Source: Mobula hypostoma | Lineage: Eukaryota | Length of the DNA: 64,000 nt | Direction of reading: 5' to 3' | Assembly: GCF_963921235.1 (NCBI RefSeq) | Contig: NC_086101.1 | Coordinates: forward strand, 2,978,001 to 3,042,000 | In this document: piece after piece, positions 1 to 13,300 of the stretch | How the letters are laid out: the number at the start of each line of letters is the position of its first letter | Numbering within the stretch: position 1 is the stretch's first letter | The notes under the pieces: model-generated | Databases searched by the model: none | Told to the model about the DNA's origin: nothing | The model's input: the letters and a program-made list of their open reading frames with translations, nothing else | Program-made: the position numbers and the translations under genes

Positions 1-255
1 CCCAATTAAAAATTTTCCTGTCCTCTCTGATTCTATCCCTTTCCATGATAATGCTAAAGGCCAGGGAGTGGTGGTCACTGTCCCCCACGTGCTCATCCAC
101 TAAGAGATCTGTGACCTGGCCCGGTTCATTACCTAGTACTAGATCTAGTATGGCATTCCCCCTGGTCGGCCTGTCCACATACTGTGACAGGAATCCATCC
201 TGGACACACTTAACAAACTCTGCCCCATCTAAACCCTTGGAACTCATCAGGTAAT
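1..255 (-). mobile_element. CR1 LINE fragment (APE endonuclease region)
   Basis: Minus strand reads like the endonuclease segment of the other CR1 ORF2s here (GLDGAEFVKCVQDGFLSQYVDRPTR...LDLVLGNEPGQV...GDSDH). Confidence 0.75.
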
Positions 256-366
256 CAGGAACTAATTGTGTGTGTGTTGTCCCAATTTCCCACACTACCT
301 CACACCAGCGGTGGGATGGGATGAAAGGGAGCTAGACGGAGAGTGGGATGATAGTGAAGAGGATAC

Positions 367-455
367 TCACTGATATTTCCTGAGCAGATACAGACCCAAG
401 ATCAATATCACAACGACTGTAAAGCTGAGGACACTGGCCCAATCATTTCTGGACT
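367..455 (-). CDS. Gene A transmembrane exon (KSRNDWASVLSFTVVVILILGLYLLRKYQ); read-through stop TGA at 367-369 overlaps GTGAGT donor at 365-370
   Basis: Acceptor tctgtccccag ending at 456-457; phase 1 matches the upstream C2 exon; 20-residue hydrophobic stretch followed by RK; conserved in all three paralogs. Confidence 0.8.
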
Positions 456-976
456 CTGGGGACAGAAAGACAGACACCATTAAACCTCAGTTCACTGATC
501 CATTCCATGGTCAGAAACCCACAACCAGAACCTTTGTGTCTGGAAACTGGAACTCCCTCCTCCCCTCTCTCAGTCCAGCCCCTGTCCAGTCGGGTCCTGG
601 CGCATGTTCTCGATTCCAAGCAGTCCCCGCTTCACACCCGACTCTAGGAGATGATATGACTAGAACACAGGAGCAAAAGTAGGCCATTCAGCCCATCAGG
701 TCTGCTCTGCCATTCCACTGTGGCTGATTCATTGTCCCTCTCAATCCCATTCTCCTGCCTTCTCACTGTAACCTTTGACACCCTGGATAACCAAGAACCG
801 ATAACCTCCGCTTTAAATACTCCCAATGACTTGGCCTCCACAGCCGTCTCAGGCAATGAATTTCACAGATTCTCCACCCACTGGCTAATGAAATTCCTCA
901 TCTCTGTCCTAAATGGACACCCCCATATCCTGAGACTCCCCCAGTATTGGAAACACATCCACTGTGTCCCACTCAC

Positions 977-1237
977 TGCTGGCTGGGTTGAAGTCGACAG
1001 AGACTGGGAGACTGATCTGCCGACTGCAGCAATCTTCAGCAATGCAGTTGTCGATGTGGCCACTCAGCCCATCGTCCTGCAGGACCAGCAGGGCTCCATG
1101 GAAGGTGTCGTTTCCAACAGCAGCGTCTGTCTGCCTTTCCCACCGATAGGTGATCTGTCTGCTTCCGAGAGCCGTGCAGTTCAGCGTGACGTGGGAGGCA
1201 TTCCTGCTGATCTCCACTATTGGCTCAGACACCGGCT
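977..1237 (-). CDS. Gene A Ig C2-type domain exon
   Basis: 261 nt, phase 1-1, ctcctggcag acceptor and gtgagt donor; EPVSEP...VTLNC...ITYRW...NCIAE with canonical Cys/Trp/Cys spacing. Confidence 0.85.
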
Positions 1238-3412
1238 CTGCCAGGAGAGATTTCATTATGAATTAACATTAAATTCTTGAAAACATTCCCCTCAACAAAC
1301 CCCCCACAACCAAATCCACTCCACCCCCATAGATTTTACCCGTCACCCACACACTGGGGAAAGATTCAGTCAGGTGCTGGTCGAGGTTCTTTAACATTGT
1401 TACAGCCGGGAGAGCGGGTAGTGAGGATACAAACTCCACAATTTATTAAATGCTCCCAATGGCGTGTCTCAAATAGCCTCTGACAACCAAGTCCAGCTCC
1501 TGACTCTCACGTACACCTCAGCGATTAAACCCAGCAGGATCATTTCTGCTCACAGAAGGGCCAAAGGCCAGTTACTGTCACCTTCAAGCGGGTTGCTTTG
1601 GGCAGATGGGGCTCCTCAGCTGTGACTGGCAGCTCACGTCGGAGAAGGAAAACTCTGATCTCAAACCCACTCATGGGAAAGGCTTCAGGAGTAAATCCCA
1701 AGGAGAAATCCGGAACCGGATTGTATCTTCAGTTCAACGCTGACTGGCAACTCCAGCGAGGCCGCGGGTGTCAGACTGTTTCAGTCTCTGCCGTGCCTTC
1801 GGATTCATCAGCTGATGGTGAGAGGGAGCCTGCGGCATGGACGACAGCTTGGTCTCCGTATTGTAATGGTGTGGCTGGTGTATTCATAGACAGCTGGTCG
1901 ACCCCGATCAACAGAGGGACTCTGTCTCTCCCTCCTCTTCATGGGGTTGAGGGGAGGAAACTGGGACAACAATTGCAAGTGGGGACGGGGCAGTGGGAGC
2001 TCACACGTGCAAACTCCACACAGAGAACCCTCGAATCTCCAGAACCAAGAGGTAGGGCACCTCAGGGCTGTGGGGATTGTCCATGTCCCAGGAGGATAAG
2101 AACATGGTTCCCTGAAAGTGGCTCCACAGGTAGACAGGGTGGTGAAGGAGACGTTCAGCGTGCTGGCCCAATCGAGTCAGGGTATTGATTACAGGAGTGA
2201 GGGCCATCACGTCACAGTTGTACAAGATGTCGGTGAGGCCACACTTGGTGGTGTGGTTACCCTGTTAAAGGGTAGGTGTGGAAAAAATGCAGAGGAGATT
2301 GACAAGGATGTGAGCAACACGAACACACACACAAAATGCTGGAGGAGAATTCAGTAGGTCAGGCAGCATCCATGGAGTCGACATTCCAGGCCAGGACCTG
2401 CCTGGATAAGGAACAGGCTTATAGGGTGAGGATAGGCAGGCTCCAACATTATTCCCTGGATTACGGAGTGACTTTATACTGATTTACTTCCCGTTACACC
2501 TGCTGGTGTTCAGGGCAGAAATGAAGGTCCTCCATCTCTGTCTGTCCTCGGTCACTCAGATGCAGAAAGATTTTTCATTGCTGTTTCCGTAACACTTATA
2601 CACCTTAAAGATGTGTATTATAAAGGGGCTTAGAATGGAGTCAGTACTCTTCCCCCAGGGAAAAGAATCAGGAACTCCACACGAGATTTCAAGGATCCAG
2701 AGTGAGGGAGGGGGTGATTGGGCTGAGATAGACCCTGCTGCTGGTCACAGTGAGAGGGGGATGGCACAGTGGGTGGAGGGGGGGGAAGGTCAAGGCAGTG
2801 ACAGGGTCACCTGGGTGGTGTCTGGGTTCTGGAGATCAGAAAGTCTCGTGGTGGGGTCCAGCAGGAGGGAAAGGTGGGTGGTGTCTCTAAAACATGGACA
2901 TTGTGGGACACGAGGACCTGGGTTACAGGGAGAGGTTGACTGGTTAACACTTTATTCCTTGGAACACAGACGATGGAGGGGTGATTTGATGGAGGTGTAC
3001 AAAATTATGTGGGGTATTGATAGGGTAAACGCAAGCAGGCCTTTTCCACTGAGTTTGGGTGAGACGACGAGAGGTCATGTGTTAAGGGTGAAAGGTGAAC
3101 TATTTAAGGGGAAGAGGAGGGGGAACTTCAGCACCGAGAGGGTGGTGAGAGCATGGACTGAGCTGGCAGAGCAAATGGTGGATGTGGGCTTGATTTCCAT
3201 ATTGAAGAGAAATTTTGGATGGTACATGAATGGGAGAGGTAAGGAGGGCTATGATCCACGTATGGGTCAATGCGACTCGGGAGAATACAGTTCGACAGAC
3301 CACACGGACCGAATGGCTGTGGCGATCTATGACACTTTCATAATCCAGTACAGACTGGATGGGCTGAACGGCCTGTTTCTGTGCTCTCGTGCTTTCTAAA
3401 ACTACTACTCAC

Positions 3413-3772
3413 CGAACACATGGATCTCAAACTGGTCAAGGTCACGGTTTCTCAGCTCCCTCCCAAAGTAGTTTGTCTGCACCTCGTACGTCCCCTGGTC
3501 ACTCATCTTAATGCCTCGCATCTCGATAACACCATCTCTCCGGAAGTGAATCCGGTTCATGTAGGACGGCTGGATCACGTACGGACTCTGCGGTCGGTCT
3601 GACATCCAGGCCACGATCTTCAGCTGGTTCGAGGACGTTTTCTCCAGAGTCACCTCGTACATGTCCTCACTGCCATGGAGGATGGGGAAGTGGACGGATC
3701 CACCAACAGGAACGGTGGTGATTGAGTCCGGGGAGGCCATGGCCGCTCTGCACTGGACCACAGTGGGAAGGA
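3413..3772 (-). CDS. Gene A N-terminal Ig V-type domain exon (CD2/SLAM-like, no B-F disulfide)
   Basis: 360 nt, phase 1-1, ttttattccag acceptor and gtgagt donor; VPVGGSVHF...YMNRIHF...MSDQGTYEV (DxGxY motif); no canonical Cys pair. Confidence 0.88.
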
Positions 3773-5994
3773 CTGGAATAAAACATGGAGAAGTTATCAT
3801 CCTCACATCCGTTACAGGGAGCAGAGAATTTCTGTAGAAATTGGATCGAATTTGGCGCCACCAAATCTTCTGAGAAACTCCGAATGAAGTATATAGTCAG
3901 TGGTGTGGAAGTTAGGGCGAGGCAGGGGATAAAGACAATGTCCAGTCAAGATGGATCTGGGGCAGTTGTAGTCCACCAGACCTTCGAACTGAGAATGTGC
4001 ATTACTGCAGATGGAATAGGTAATGTTGATTGTGACCGTGTGTAATCTACCCGGAGATGGTTTGTCTGGACACAGACCTTTTTATTTTGGAAAGGTCTTT
4101 GAAGAACCTCGATTCTGGAGGTGCTGGAGACAGATGAGATAGGAATAACAGAATGATGTGAAACACATTGGACAACTAAGGGTTTGATTTTGGAACTCAC
4201 AGCCTGACAGGGAGGTGGAGGCAGAGACTTCCACAATGTTAAACAAGTCTCTGGACCAGCACTTGTATTGCCAGGGCACAGGCCAAGTGTTGGGACTAGA
4301 ACAGATTGGTTCAATATCCAGCATGACCAGGACGGGCCGAAGGACCTGATTCAGTACTGCACACTTTTGACAGGATCTCAGATGGAGACGAGGAGACGTT
4401 CAGGAGTGAGATGGATCAGCTGCTTGAGTGGTGTTACAACAACAACCTCACCCACAACGACAGTCAGACCAGGGAACTGATTGTGGATCAGTCCTCACTG
4501 AGGGATCAGCGTTGGAAAGCGTGAGATCGGGATTACATTAATAACAGGTAACATGTACCAGCACAGATTCCAAGTAACAAATATAGTTCAGCCTCCCAAT
4601 CTCATAGTAAGTAACCATGAAACAGATATTTTATAAAGAGAGAAGAACCCCTAAACTAAAAAAAAATTGTGCTATCATATTACATCAGCTAAAATTATTA
4701 TTTGTCGTTAACTTCACTGCTCTATACATGAACAAAAAATTACTACAGAGAATTCAGAAAGGGTCAACCTACATCGTATGAAAATATTCAATAAATGGCC
4801 TCCAAGTTTCTTCAAATTTAACCAAAGGCTCCTAACGTTTTCCCAAGTTGAGGCATACTATCGTTTGGGAAAACCATTGAAATGTAGTTGGAGGGGGTGG
4901 AATTATAAGCTTTCCATCTTCTGGCTATTAATGTAACAAATGATATTAGATGACAAGCTGACGAGGATAAACGACTAGAGTCTATCACTGGTAGTCCAAA
5001 AATTGCAGTAATAGGATGAGGTTGTAAATCAATACCCAGAACTACTGAAATAATATCAAAAATATCTTTCCAATACTTTTCTAGAACAGGACAAGACCAG
5101 AACATGTGTCAAGGAAGCTACCTCAGAATTACATCCATCATAAACAGGATTTATGTGGCAGTAAAAATGAGCTAACTTATCCTTGGACATATGAGCCCTG
5201 TGAAACACCTTAAATTGCACCAGGGTGTGTCTGGCTCACATTGAAGAAGTATTAACTAGCTGAAGAACTTCCTCCCATTTCTCTGTAGATCAAGATACTT
5301 GAAGTTCTCTTTCCCACTCATTCTTAATTTTATCAGATGTACCTAGACATGTTTTCATAATCAGATCATAAACAATTGTTATTAAACTCTTCTGATAGGG
5401 GTTTAAACCTAAAATTTTTTCTGTAACTTCAATCTGATGCGATATCGGAAAGGTAGGTAAAGTAGTGTTCAGAACGTTTCTAATCTGATAAAGTGTGATC
5501 TTGGCAAATTACATTTATTAGACAACTGTTCAAAAGACATAAAACAATCATCCATGAATAAATCACAAAAACATGTTATTCCCTTTGTTTTCCATAGAAG
5601 AAAACTTTGATCAATTCTGGACGGTTGAAAGAAAAAATTAGATATAATACAACTTGACAGGATAAACTTGTTCAATCCAAAAAATTTACAAAATTGAAAC
5701 CATAATTGTATTGTAGGTTTAATTACTGGATTTATCATTTGTTTATTCAATTTAGTAAGTGCAAAGGGAAGCACAGCTCCTAGAACAGAAGCCAGTGAAA
5801 ATCCCTGTACAGACTCCCGCTCGAGGTTCATCCATCGTGGACAACCAGTTTCATCCAACTTTTGTGTCCAACACGTTAAATATCAAATGCTAATTGTCCA
5901 GTAATAAAATCTAAGATTCAGCAAAGCTAAACAGCCTTCTTTTTCTGATTTCTGTAAGTATTTCTTACTCAACCTGGGATTTCTATTCTGCTAT

Positions 5995-6636
5995 ATAGAA
6001 ACATAGAAAATAGGTGCAGGAGTAGGCCATTCAGCCCTTCGAGCCTGCACTGCCATTTATTATGATCATGGCTGATCATCCAACTCAGAACCCCGCCCCA
6101 GCCTTTCCTCCATACCCCCTGATCCCTTTAGCCACAAGGGCCATATCTAACTCCCTCTTAAATATAGCCAATGAACTGGCCTCAACTGTTTCTTGTGGCA
6201 GAGAATTCCACAGATTCACCACTCTCTGTGTGAAGAAGTTTTTCCTAATCTCAGTCCTAAAAGGCTTCCCCTCTATCCTCAAACTGTGGCCCCTCGTTCT
6301 GGACTTCCCCAACATCGGGAACAATCTTCCTGCATCTAGCCTGTCCAATCCCTTTAGGATCTTATACGTTTCAATCAGATCCCCCCTCAATCTTCTAAAT
6401 TCCAACGAGTACAAGCCCAGTTCATCCAGTCTTTCTTCATATGAAAGTCCTGCCATCCCAGGAATCAATCTGGTGAACCTTCTTTGTACTCCCTCTATGG
6501 CAAGGATGTGTTTCCTCAGATTAGGGGACCAAAACTGCACACAATACTCCATGTGTGGTCTCACCAAGGCCTTGTACAACTGCAGTACTATCTCCCTGCT
6601 CCTGTACTCGAATCCTCTCGCTATAAATGCCAGCAT
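5995..6636 (-). mobile_element. CR1 3' fragment nested in L1
   Basis: LYKALVRPHMEYCVQFWSP ORF2 C-terminus and (TTTCTATG)n-type tail; near-identical to the 3' end of 23638-27967. Confidence 0.9.
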
Positions 6637-7317
6637 ATATATTAAGAAATTTTAGAATCAATAATATCAAAAAAATTTAGGGATAAAAATTGATACTGGC
6701 TGAAATAGATACAGAAATTTAGGTAAAATAATCATCTTAATGGTATTAATTTGACCAATCAAAGATAAGGACAATGGGGCCATTTAGTAAACAGTTGTTT
6801 AACATGATGAATTAAGGGTAAAAAATTAACTTTACATAGATCCTTACGCTTCTTAGTAATTTTAATACCCAAATAAATAAAATAATCAGTAACCAATCTA
6901 AATGGGGATTGTTTATAAATTGAAACTTGCATATTTAAAGCACACTCCTATCAAGATTCAATTTATAACCAGAAAAACTACTAAACTGAGCAAATGATGT
7001 TATTACTGCAGGAATGAATTTCTCTGGGTTAGAGATATATAGTAACAGGTCATCTACATTTGTACATATAGTGATACTTTATGCATCCCATTCCCACAAA
7101 TAATGCCAAATATATTAGGTGAATCACGAATAGCGATTGCCAAGGGCTCCAGGGCAATATCAGATAGAAAAGGGCTTAAAGGACAGCCCTGTCTAGTACC
7201 TCGAAAAACCTAAAAAAACAGGGATCTCTGATTGTTGGTAAATACAGCAGCCAGAGGTGTATGATATATCAATTGAATCCAGGATATAAATTTTGAGCTG
7301 AAATTATATTTCTCAAG

Positions 7318-7980
7318 ATGAAGGAATTGGTTGTTGACTTCAGAAGGAGTAGCGGACCGCACGACCCAATTTACATCGGTGGTGCACAAGTGGAACAGGT
7401 CAAAAGCTTTAAGTTCCTCGGGGTCAATATCACAAATGACCTGACTTGGTCCAACCAAGCAGAGTTCACTGCCAAGAAGGCCCACCTTCCTGAGAAAACT
7501 AAAGAAATTTGGCCTGTCCCCTAAACCGTCACTAATTTTTATAGATGCACCGTAGAAAAAAGCATTCTTCTAGGGAGCATCACAACCTGGTATGGAAGTT
7601 GTCCTGTCCAAGACCGGAAGAAGCTGCAGAAGATCGTGAACACTGCGCAGCACATCACAGAAACCAATCTTCCGTCCTTGGACTCACTTTACACCACACG
7701 CTGTCGGAGCAGTGCTGCCAGGATAATCAGGGACACGACCCACCCAACCAACCAACACACTTTTCGTCCCTCTTCCCTCCGGGAGAAGGCTCAGGAGCTT
7801 GAAAACTCGTACGGCCAGATTTGGGAACAGCTTCTTTCCAACTGTGATAAGACTGCTGAAGGGATCCTGACCCGGATCTCGGCCATACCCTCCAAATATC
7901 CGGACCTGCCTCTCAGTTTTTTTGCACTACCATTTTTCTATTTTCTATTTATGATTTATAATTTAAATTTTTAGTATTTT
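7318..7980 (+). mobile_element. Rex1/Babar-type LINE 3' fragment nested in L1
   Basis: MKELVVDFRR...VKSFKFLGVNITNDLTWS, typical of the RT C-terminal region of this clade. Confidence 0.65.
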
Positions 7981-9583
7981 CTAAGCAGTGTATACAATGT
8001 TCGTTAGCCTCCTAACATTAAAATATGAGTAACGATTTTTAATAAATCCTGTCTGATCTTCGAGACAATTTGTGGCAGTACCTTCTCCATTCTAATTGCT
8101 AATATTTTGGAAAAGATTTTAGAATCCACATTCAACAAAGAATGTGCTTAATACACATTCAGTGGACATATATGTGTGGTATATAAGTATATATACTTTA
8201 AAGGTATCCCATAATATCCCACTGGAAGTTTCTTCGATTGAGTTAGATGAAAAGAAAAATGCAATCTGTCCTTTAATGAAATTATCAAAATTTAAATCCT
8301 GAAGCAAAATAGATTTGAACCGCCATTGTCTAGAACTAAAAATTACATCCCTAAATTTAATTGATAATTTCAAAGGTGCGTGCTGGGAAATGGCAATTGT
8401 ATCATACTCACAGGAAGTGAGAAATGAAACTAATCAATAAAGAAGTAATCGATTCTCGAGTAATTATAATATACATGAGAAAAGAAAGAGAACTCCAAAT
8501 GTCTAAAATTCCCGAGTCAACTAAAAAGGAATTAATAAAAGTAGCAGATTTGTTTGGAAGTACCTGATTGGGCGCAGACCAATTAATTAATTGGCCACAG
8601 ACCAGTTCAAACAACAATTAAAATCACCATCCGTTATTAACATGTATTCATTTAAATCGAGAAGAGACACAAATAAATGCTTAAAGCATTCAGGATAATC
8701 AATATTTGGTGCATAAACATTAACCAAAACTACATTCAAACAACAGTTTCTATCCTGGGACCAAGATGTTGATGGAATCATGAAGAAGGCACACCAACAT
8801 CTCTACTTCATTGCAAGTTTGAGAGGATTTGTTATGTCATCAAAGACATACAAATCTCCACCATAGCCTTTTTCAGCTCCGCTATGAAAGGTTGAGGGTT
8901 GGGAACAGGGGGCGGGTGTGGTGTGGCTAGCAACAGAAGCTCCAAAGACCTCATCCCTGGAAGGGGAAGGATCTTGGAAGATCGGCTGCATCTGCAGACA
9001 ACTTGAAATACTGGCCCAGGTCAGAGGAATTTGGAGAGTTGCTGTCAATAGACTACGTCCCAGCAGAGTATAAGTTCTCCAGATGTACCAGAGAGAGCAT
9101 TGTGATCGGTTGCATTACCACCTGGAACTGCCCAGGGTCAGATGAAGCCACAGAGGGTTGTAAACTCAGCCATCTCCATCACAAACACAACCCAACCACC
9201 AGCAGATGATCAAAGGCGAAGCCTCAGGAACGCAGCATCCAACATGAAGGACCCTCACCACCCAGAACATACCCTCTTCTCATTGCTGCCAAGAGGGAGG
9301 AGGGACAGGAGCCTGCAGACACTCACTCAATGATTCAGCAACACCTTCTTGTCCTCAGACAGGTTTCTGAACTCTCCATGAACAACTCCTCACTATTTTT
9401 CTCTTTACTTGTTTTTATAATCGATAGATTTTTGTCTTTACACTGTACTGCTGCAATAAAACATAGAATTTCACATGACAGAGCTAATAAACCCAATAAC
9501 GATAGCCGTATGACATCAAGCCCACAGTGTTTCAGAATGAACCCACATCTCGGCCTCTTCTCCAGAGTGGGATCTCCCAGTAC

Positions 9584-9632
9584 CTGTCAGTATCCACAGG
9601 AGCATCTCTGCCTTCCCATTGGAGTGCGGCAT
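9584..9632 (-). CDS. Gene A start/signal-peptide exon coding part (MPHSNGKAEMLLWILT|V); whole exon 9584-9726
   Basis: ATG at 9632 with an in-frame TGA upstream; phase-1 donor AG|gtactg joins the V exon to give the MLLWILTVLPTVVQCRA signal peptide; acceptor tcctgcgttccag. Confidence 0.78.
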
Positions 9633-10059
9633 CCTCACGGGTATCTCAGTCTCTCAGCTCGCTCTAGTTCCTTCTGTAGGCAGAATTCCGGCTGTGCAGA
9701 ATTCCCAATTCCAGGGCTGGAAGAACCTGGAACGCAGGACAGGACACAGTCACCACGCCGGTTTTAACTAATCCCACCCAAATGTACAGAATTCAAATCA
9801 CTCCGTTCCCTTAATGTCTGAGTGTCTGTGTAAATGCCCCGACACACCACAATCATATCTGCTACCATCCCACCCCGGAGCCCATTCCAGGCACCCATCA
9901 CTGTGTAAAACAACTTGCCCTCAACGCCCCCTCCCCACTCCCCGTCATCTTTACCCCGCGCCCTCTCCTATTTGACTTTTCACCCTGGCTAAGAGACTGA
10001 CCACCAACCCTAATTATTTAGAGATCCGCCCCAGAAGCCCTCGACACCCAGTTCCACCC

Positions 10060-10212
10060 TTGTGAGCAATTAACCTTCTAACCTTCTAACCAGGACCTCT
10101 TTCCCCGGAGGAATCCTGGATGGCTGTGGGCAGAACCGATTAACTCCTTACAGACTGCGGTGGGACTTGAACCCGGCTCTCGTCGCTACGCTAACCACTA
10201 CACTACCGCGGC
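10060..10212 (-). mobile_element. tRNA-derived SINE (paralogous copies ~27975-28112 and ~46255-46395)
   Basis: A-box TAGTGTAGTGG and B-box GGTTCAAGTCC on the minus strand; no full cloverleaf. Confidence 0.7.
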
Positions 10213-10286
10213 TAGCGAGTTCCCAGCGGGGCTGCGGGTCCATGAGGGAGAGGGAGCGCAGGGTGTCGGTGATAATGGTCACTCAC

Positions 10287-10338
10287 CGGTCCGTGGACAC
10301 GCTTCATTCACAGTCTCATCCTGTTTCACAGTAACCCG
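10287..10338 (-). other. Gene A putative non-coding exon 1 (paralogs start at 28207 and 46486)
   Basis: CCG|GTGAGT donor conserved in three paralogs, CpG-rich context, directly next to the CCAAT promoter in gene B. Confidence 0.6.
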
Positions 10339-10342
10339 CGTC

Positions 10343-13300
10343 CCTGTCTGTCTGTGTCTTGTTTTACGGCGGTTGGCATCCAGCTTAATGATGCATTACC
10401 GCCACCTTCTGTTCCGGAATGTGCACTAGACATACATTCTAAATCCCTTCACCCAATCTCTCTCTCACACACACACACAAACCTACACTTTACCCTCCCA
10501 TCTTTGACCATCCTAGTACCCTTTTCCTGTTTATCCATCATATCCTATAAAAAACCCCTGTACCCCTTAAGAACGCTAAAAATACCCAGACCTGTGCTCT
10601 CTCACCCATGCCCAGCAACCCTTTTAATGTGAATTCCTGCACCCCCAATTCCCTTAGTTTAATTGTCAACATCTCTCTCTGTATCCCATACTTCCTGCAA
10701 CTCAGAACTACATGTTCTACTGACTCCTCTTCCTGACATTCCTCACACAATCCTGTCTGGTGTTTCCTTATCATTTTCAATGTTTTGTTTAGTGCGCAAT
10801 GCCCCAGTCTTAACCTAGTCCACACAGTCTCCTCTCTTCTGTATCCACTACCTACCCTAGTACCTGCAACACTCTTTTGTATTTGATATAAATGCCTCCC
10901 TTTCCCCTCCCTGTCCCATCTTTCTTGCCACATTCGGTTGACTTTTTCCCAGATTACACACTTAACCTCTGCTTTACTGATACTAATGTGCATTTCTACA
11001 TTTCCTTTCTTTAACGCCCTCTTTGCCAACTCATCCACCCTCTCATTCCCCTTCACCCCTACATGTGCTGGAACCCATAGAAATTTTACCTGACCTCGCT
11101 GATTTGCAATTCTTGTAACTAACTGAAGTACTTCATAAAGTACATCTTGCCGACTGTTTGAGTGAAAAGACCTTAAACTTGCTAGAGCTGAGGATGAATC
11201 TGAACATATCAATGCTTTGACTTGTCTGGCTTTCTGCACCCATTGCAACGCAACCAACATTGCCAGCATCTCCACTGTAAACATCCCTAACTTATTAGAT
11301 GTTCTTCTGCTGATTCCAATTTCTTTTGCTGGTATAACCACCCCAAACCCTGTCACTCCTGTTTCAGGTTCCTTCGCACCATCCGTATAAATGTGAGTAT
11401 AATCACTATAGAAACAGAAAATAGGTGGAGTAGGCCATTCGGCCCTTCGAGCCTGCATCGCCATTTATTAAGATCATGGCTGATCATCCAACTCAGAACC
11501 CTGCACCAGCCTTCCATACCCTCTGATCCCCCTAGCCACAAGGGCCATATCTAACTCCCTCTTAAATATAGCCAATGAACTGGCCTCAACAGTTTGCTGT
11601 GGCAGAGAATTCCACAGATTCACCACTCTCTGTGTGAAGAAGTTTTTCCTAACCTCGGTCCTAAAAGGCTTCCCCTCTATCCTCAAACTGTGACCCCTCG
11701 TTCTAGACCTCCCCAACATCGGGAACAATCTTCCCGCATCTAGCCTGTCCAATCCCTTTAGGATCTTATACGTTTCAATCAGATCCCCCCTCAATTTTCT
11801 AAATTCCAACGAGTACAAGCCCAGTTCATCCAGTCTTTCTTCATATGAAAGACCTGCCATCCCAGGAATCAATCTGGTGAACCTTCTTTGTACTCCCTCT
11901 ATGGCAAAGATATCTTTCCTCAGATTAGGGGACCAAAACTGCACACAATACTCCAGGTGTGGTCTCACCAAGGCCTTGTACAACTGCAGTAGTACCTCCC
12001 TGCTCCTGTACTCGAATCCTCTCGCTATAAATGCCAGCATACTGTTCGCCTTTTTCACCGCCTGCTGTACCTGCATGCCCACTTTCAATGACTGGTGTAT
12101 AATGACACCCAGGTCTCGTTGCACCTCCCCTTTTCCTAATCGGCCACCATTCAGATAATAATCTGTTTTCCTATTTTTGCCACCAAAGTGGATAACTTCA
12201 CATTTATCCACATTAAATTGCATCTGCCATGAGTTTGCCCACTCACCCAACCTATCCAAGTCACCCTGCATCCTCTTAGCATCCTCCTCACTGCTAACAC
12301 TGCCACCCAGCTTTGTGTCATCCGCAAACTTGGAGATGCTGCATTTAATTCCCTCATCCAAGTCATTAATATATATTGTAAACAACTGGGGTCCCAGCAC
12401 TGAGCCTTGCGGTACCCCACTAGTCACCGCCTGCCATTCTGAAAAGGTCCCGTTTATTCCCACTCTTTGCTTCCTGTCTGCTAACCAATTCTCCACCCAC
12501 ACCAATACCTTACCCCCAATACCGTGTGCTTTAAGTTTGCACACTAATCTCCTATGTGGGACCTTGTCAAAAGCCTTTTGAAAATCCAAATATACCACAT
12601 CCACTGGTTCTCCCCTATCCACTCTACTAGTTACATCCTCAAAAAATTATATTTTTTCTCAAGCTCATACGATAACCTTTCTGTTATCATCCTTTCCATT
12701 ATCTTACATACACTTGATGTTAATGCAATTGGTCTGCAGCTAGTGGGTTTTGACGTATCCTTGCCAGGCTTCCTTATTGGAATTACTACTGCTTCTTTCC
12801 ATGCACTTGGTAATCTTCCTTCCTCCCACACTCTGTTATAAAAATGCAGCAACTTCAAGAGCACTCCTTCTCCTGGATTTTTTAGCATCACAGAGCACAT
12901 CAGATCTTTCCCTGGGGAGGTTGGTCTCGATCTCTTTATTGCTCTCACCATTTCTGCTAATGTAAATGGATCATCAATTATATCATCTGTTCCTTCCCTC
13001 CTGTTTAACACACCTCATTCTTTCCCTTCTCCTTCTCCCTTCAGACAAATTTTCTGAACTGTGTATCAGTACAAATGACTTGGCCATGACCTCAGCCTTA
13101 TCCCTACTGGAGACTGCAGTTTCCTCCTCAGATATCATTACTGGATATTCCCATTCCCTTCTATCTCCTCCCATCCTCTTAATCATTCCCCATACCTCTC
13201 CCACAGGTGTTGTTCTTCCTACCTTGTCACAAAAGCTCCTCCAACTTGCCCTTTTAGCTTGACGTATAGTTCTTCTCACCACTGCCTGTGCTTTCTTATA

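Larger units (their letters stand above)
4517..8740 (-). mobile_element. Degraded L1-clade LINE in gene A intron 2 (absent from gene B)
   Basis: Fragments VLVNVYAPN, GDFN, MFWSCPVL and PHPITAIFGLP are homologous to the L1 at 38.5-42.3 kb; many stops. Confidence 0.8.

Noticed and set aside
720..1280. 186-aa plus-strand ORF repeated in three units
   Set aside because: It is the antisense of the C2 exon plus a CR1 remnant; its conservation is explained by the duplication.
2611..3399. 262-aa ORF
   Set aside because: Chance fusion of intron sequence with a decayed CR1 ORF2 C-terminus; not kept in paralog C.
6062..6655. Recurrent antisense ORFs on CR1 copies (also 12177-12581, 25892-26395, 43396-44172)
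   Set aside because: Shadow frames of CR1 ORF2; no independent evidence of coding.
10160..10212. Possible tRNA gene
   Set aside because: A and B boxes only, the anticodon arm is missing, and it continues into a SINE body.
10287..10320. ATG in exon 1 as the gene start
   Set aside because: ATG AGA CYG TGA is a tiny uORF in A and B and is absent in C; an in-frame stop precedes the exon 2 ATG in A.
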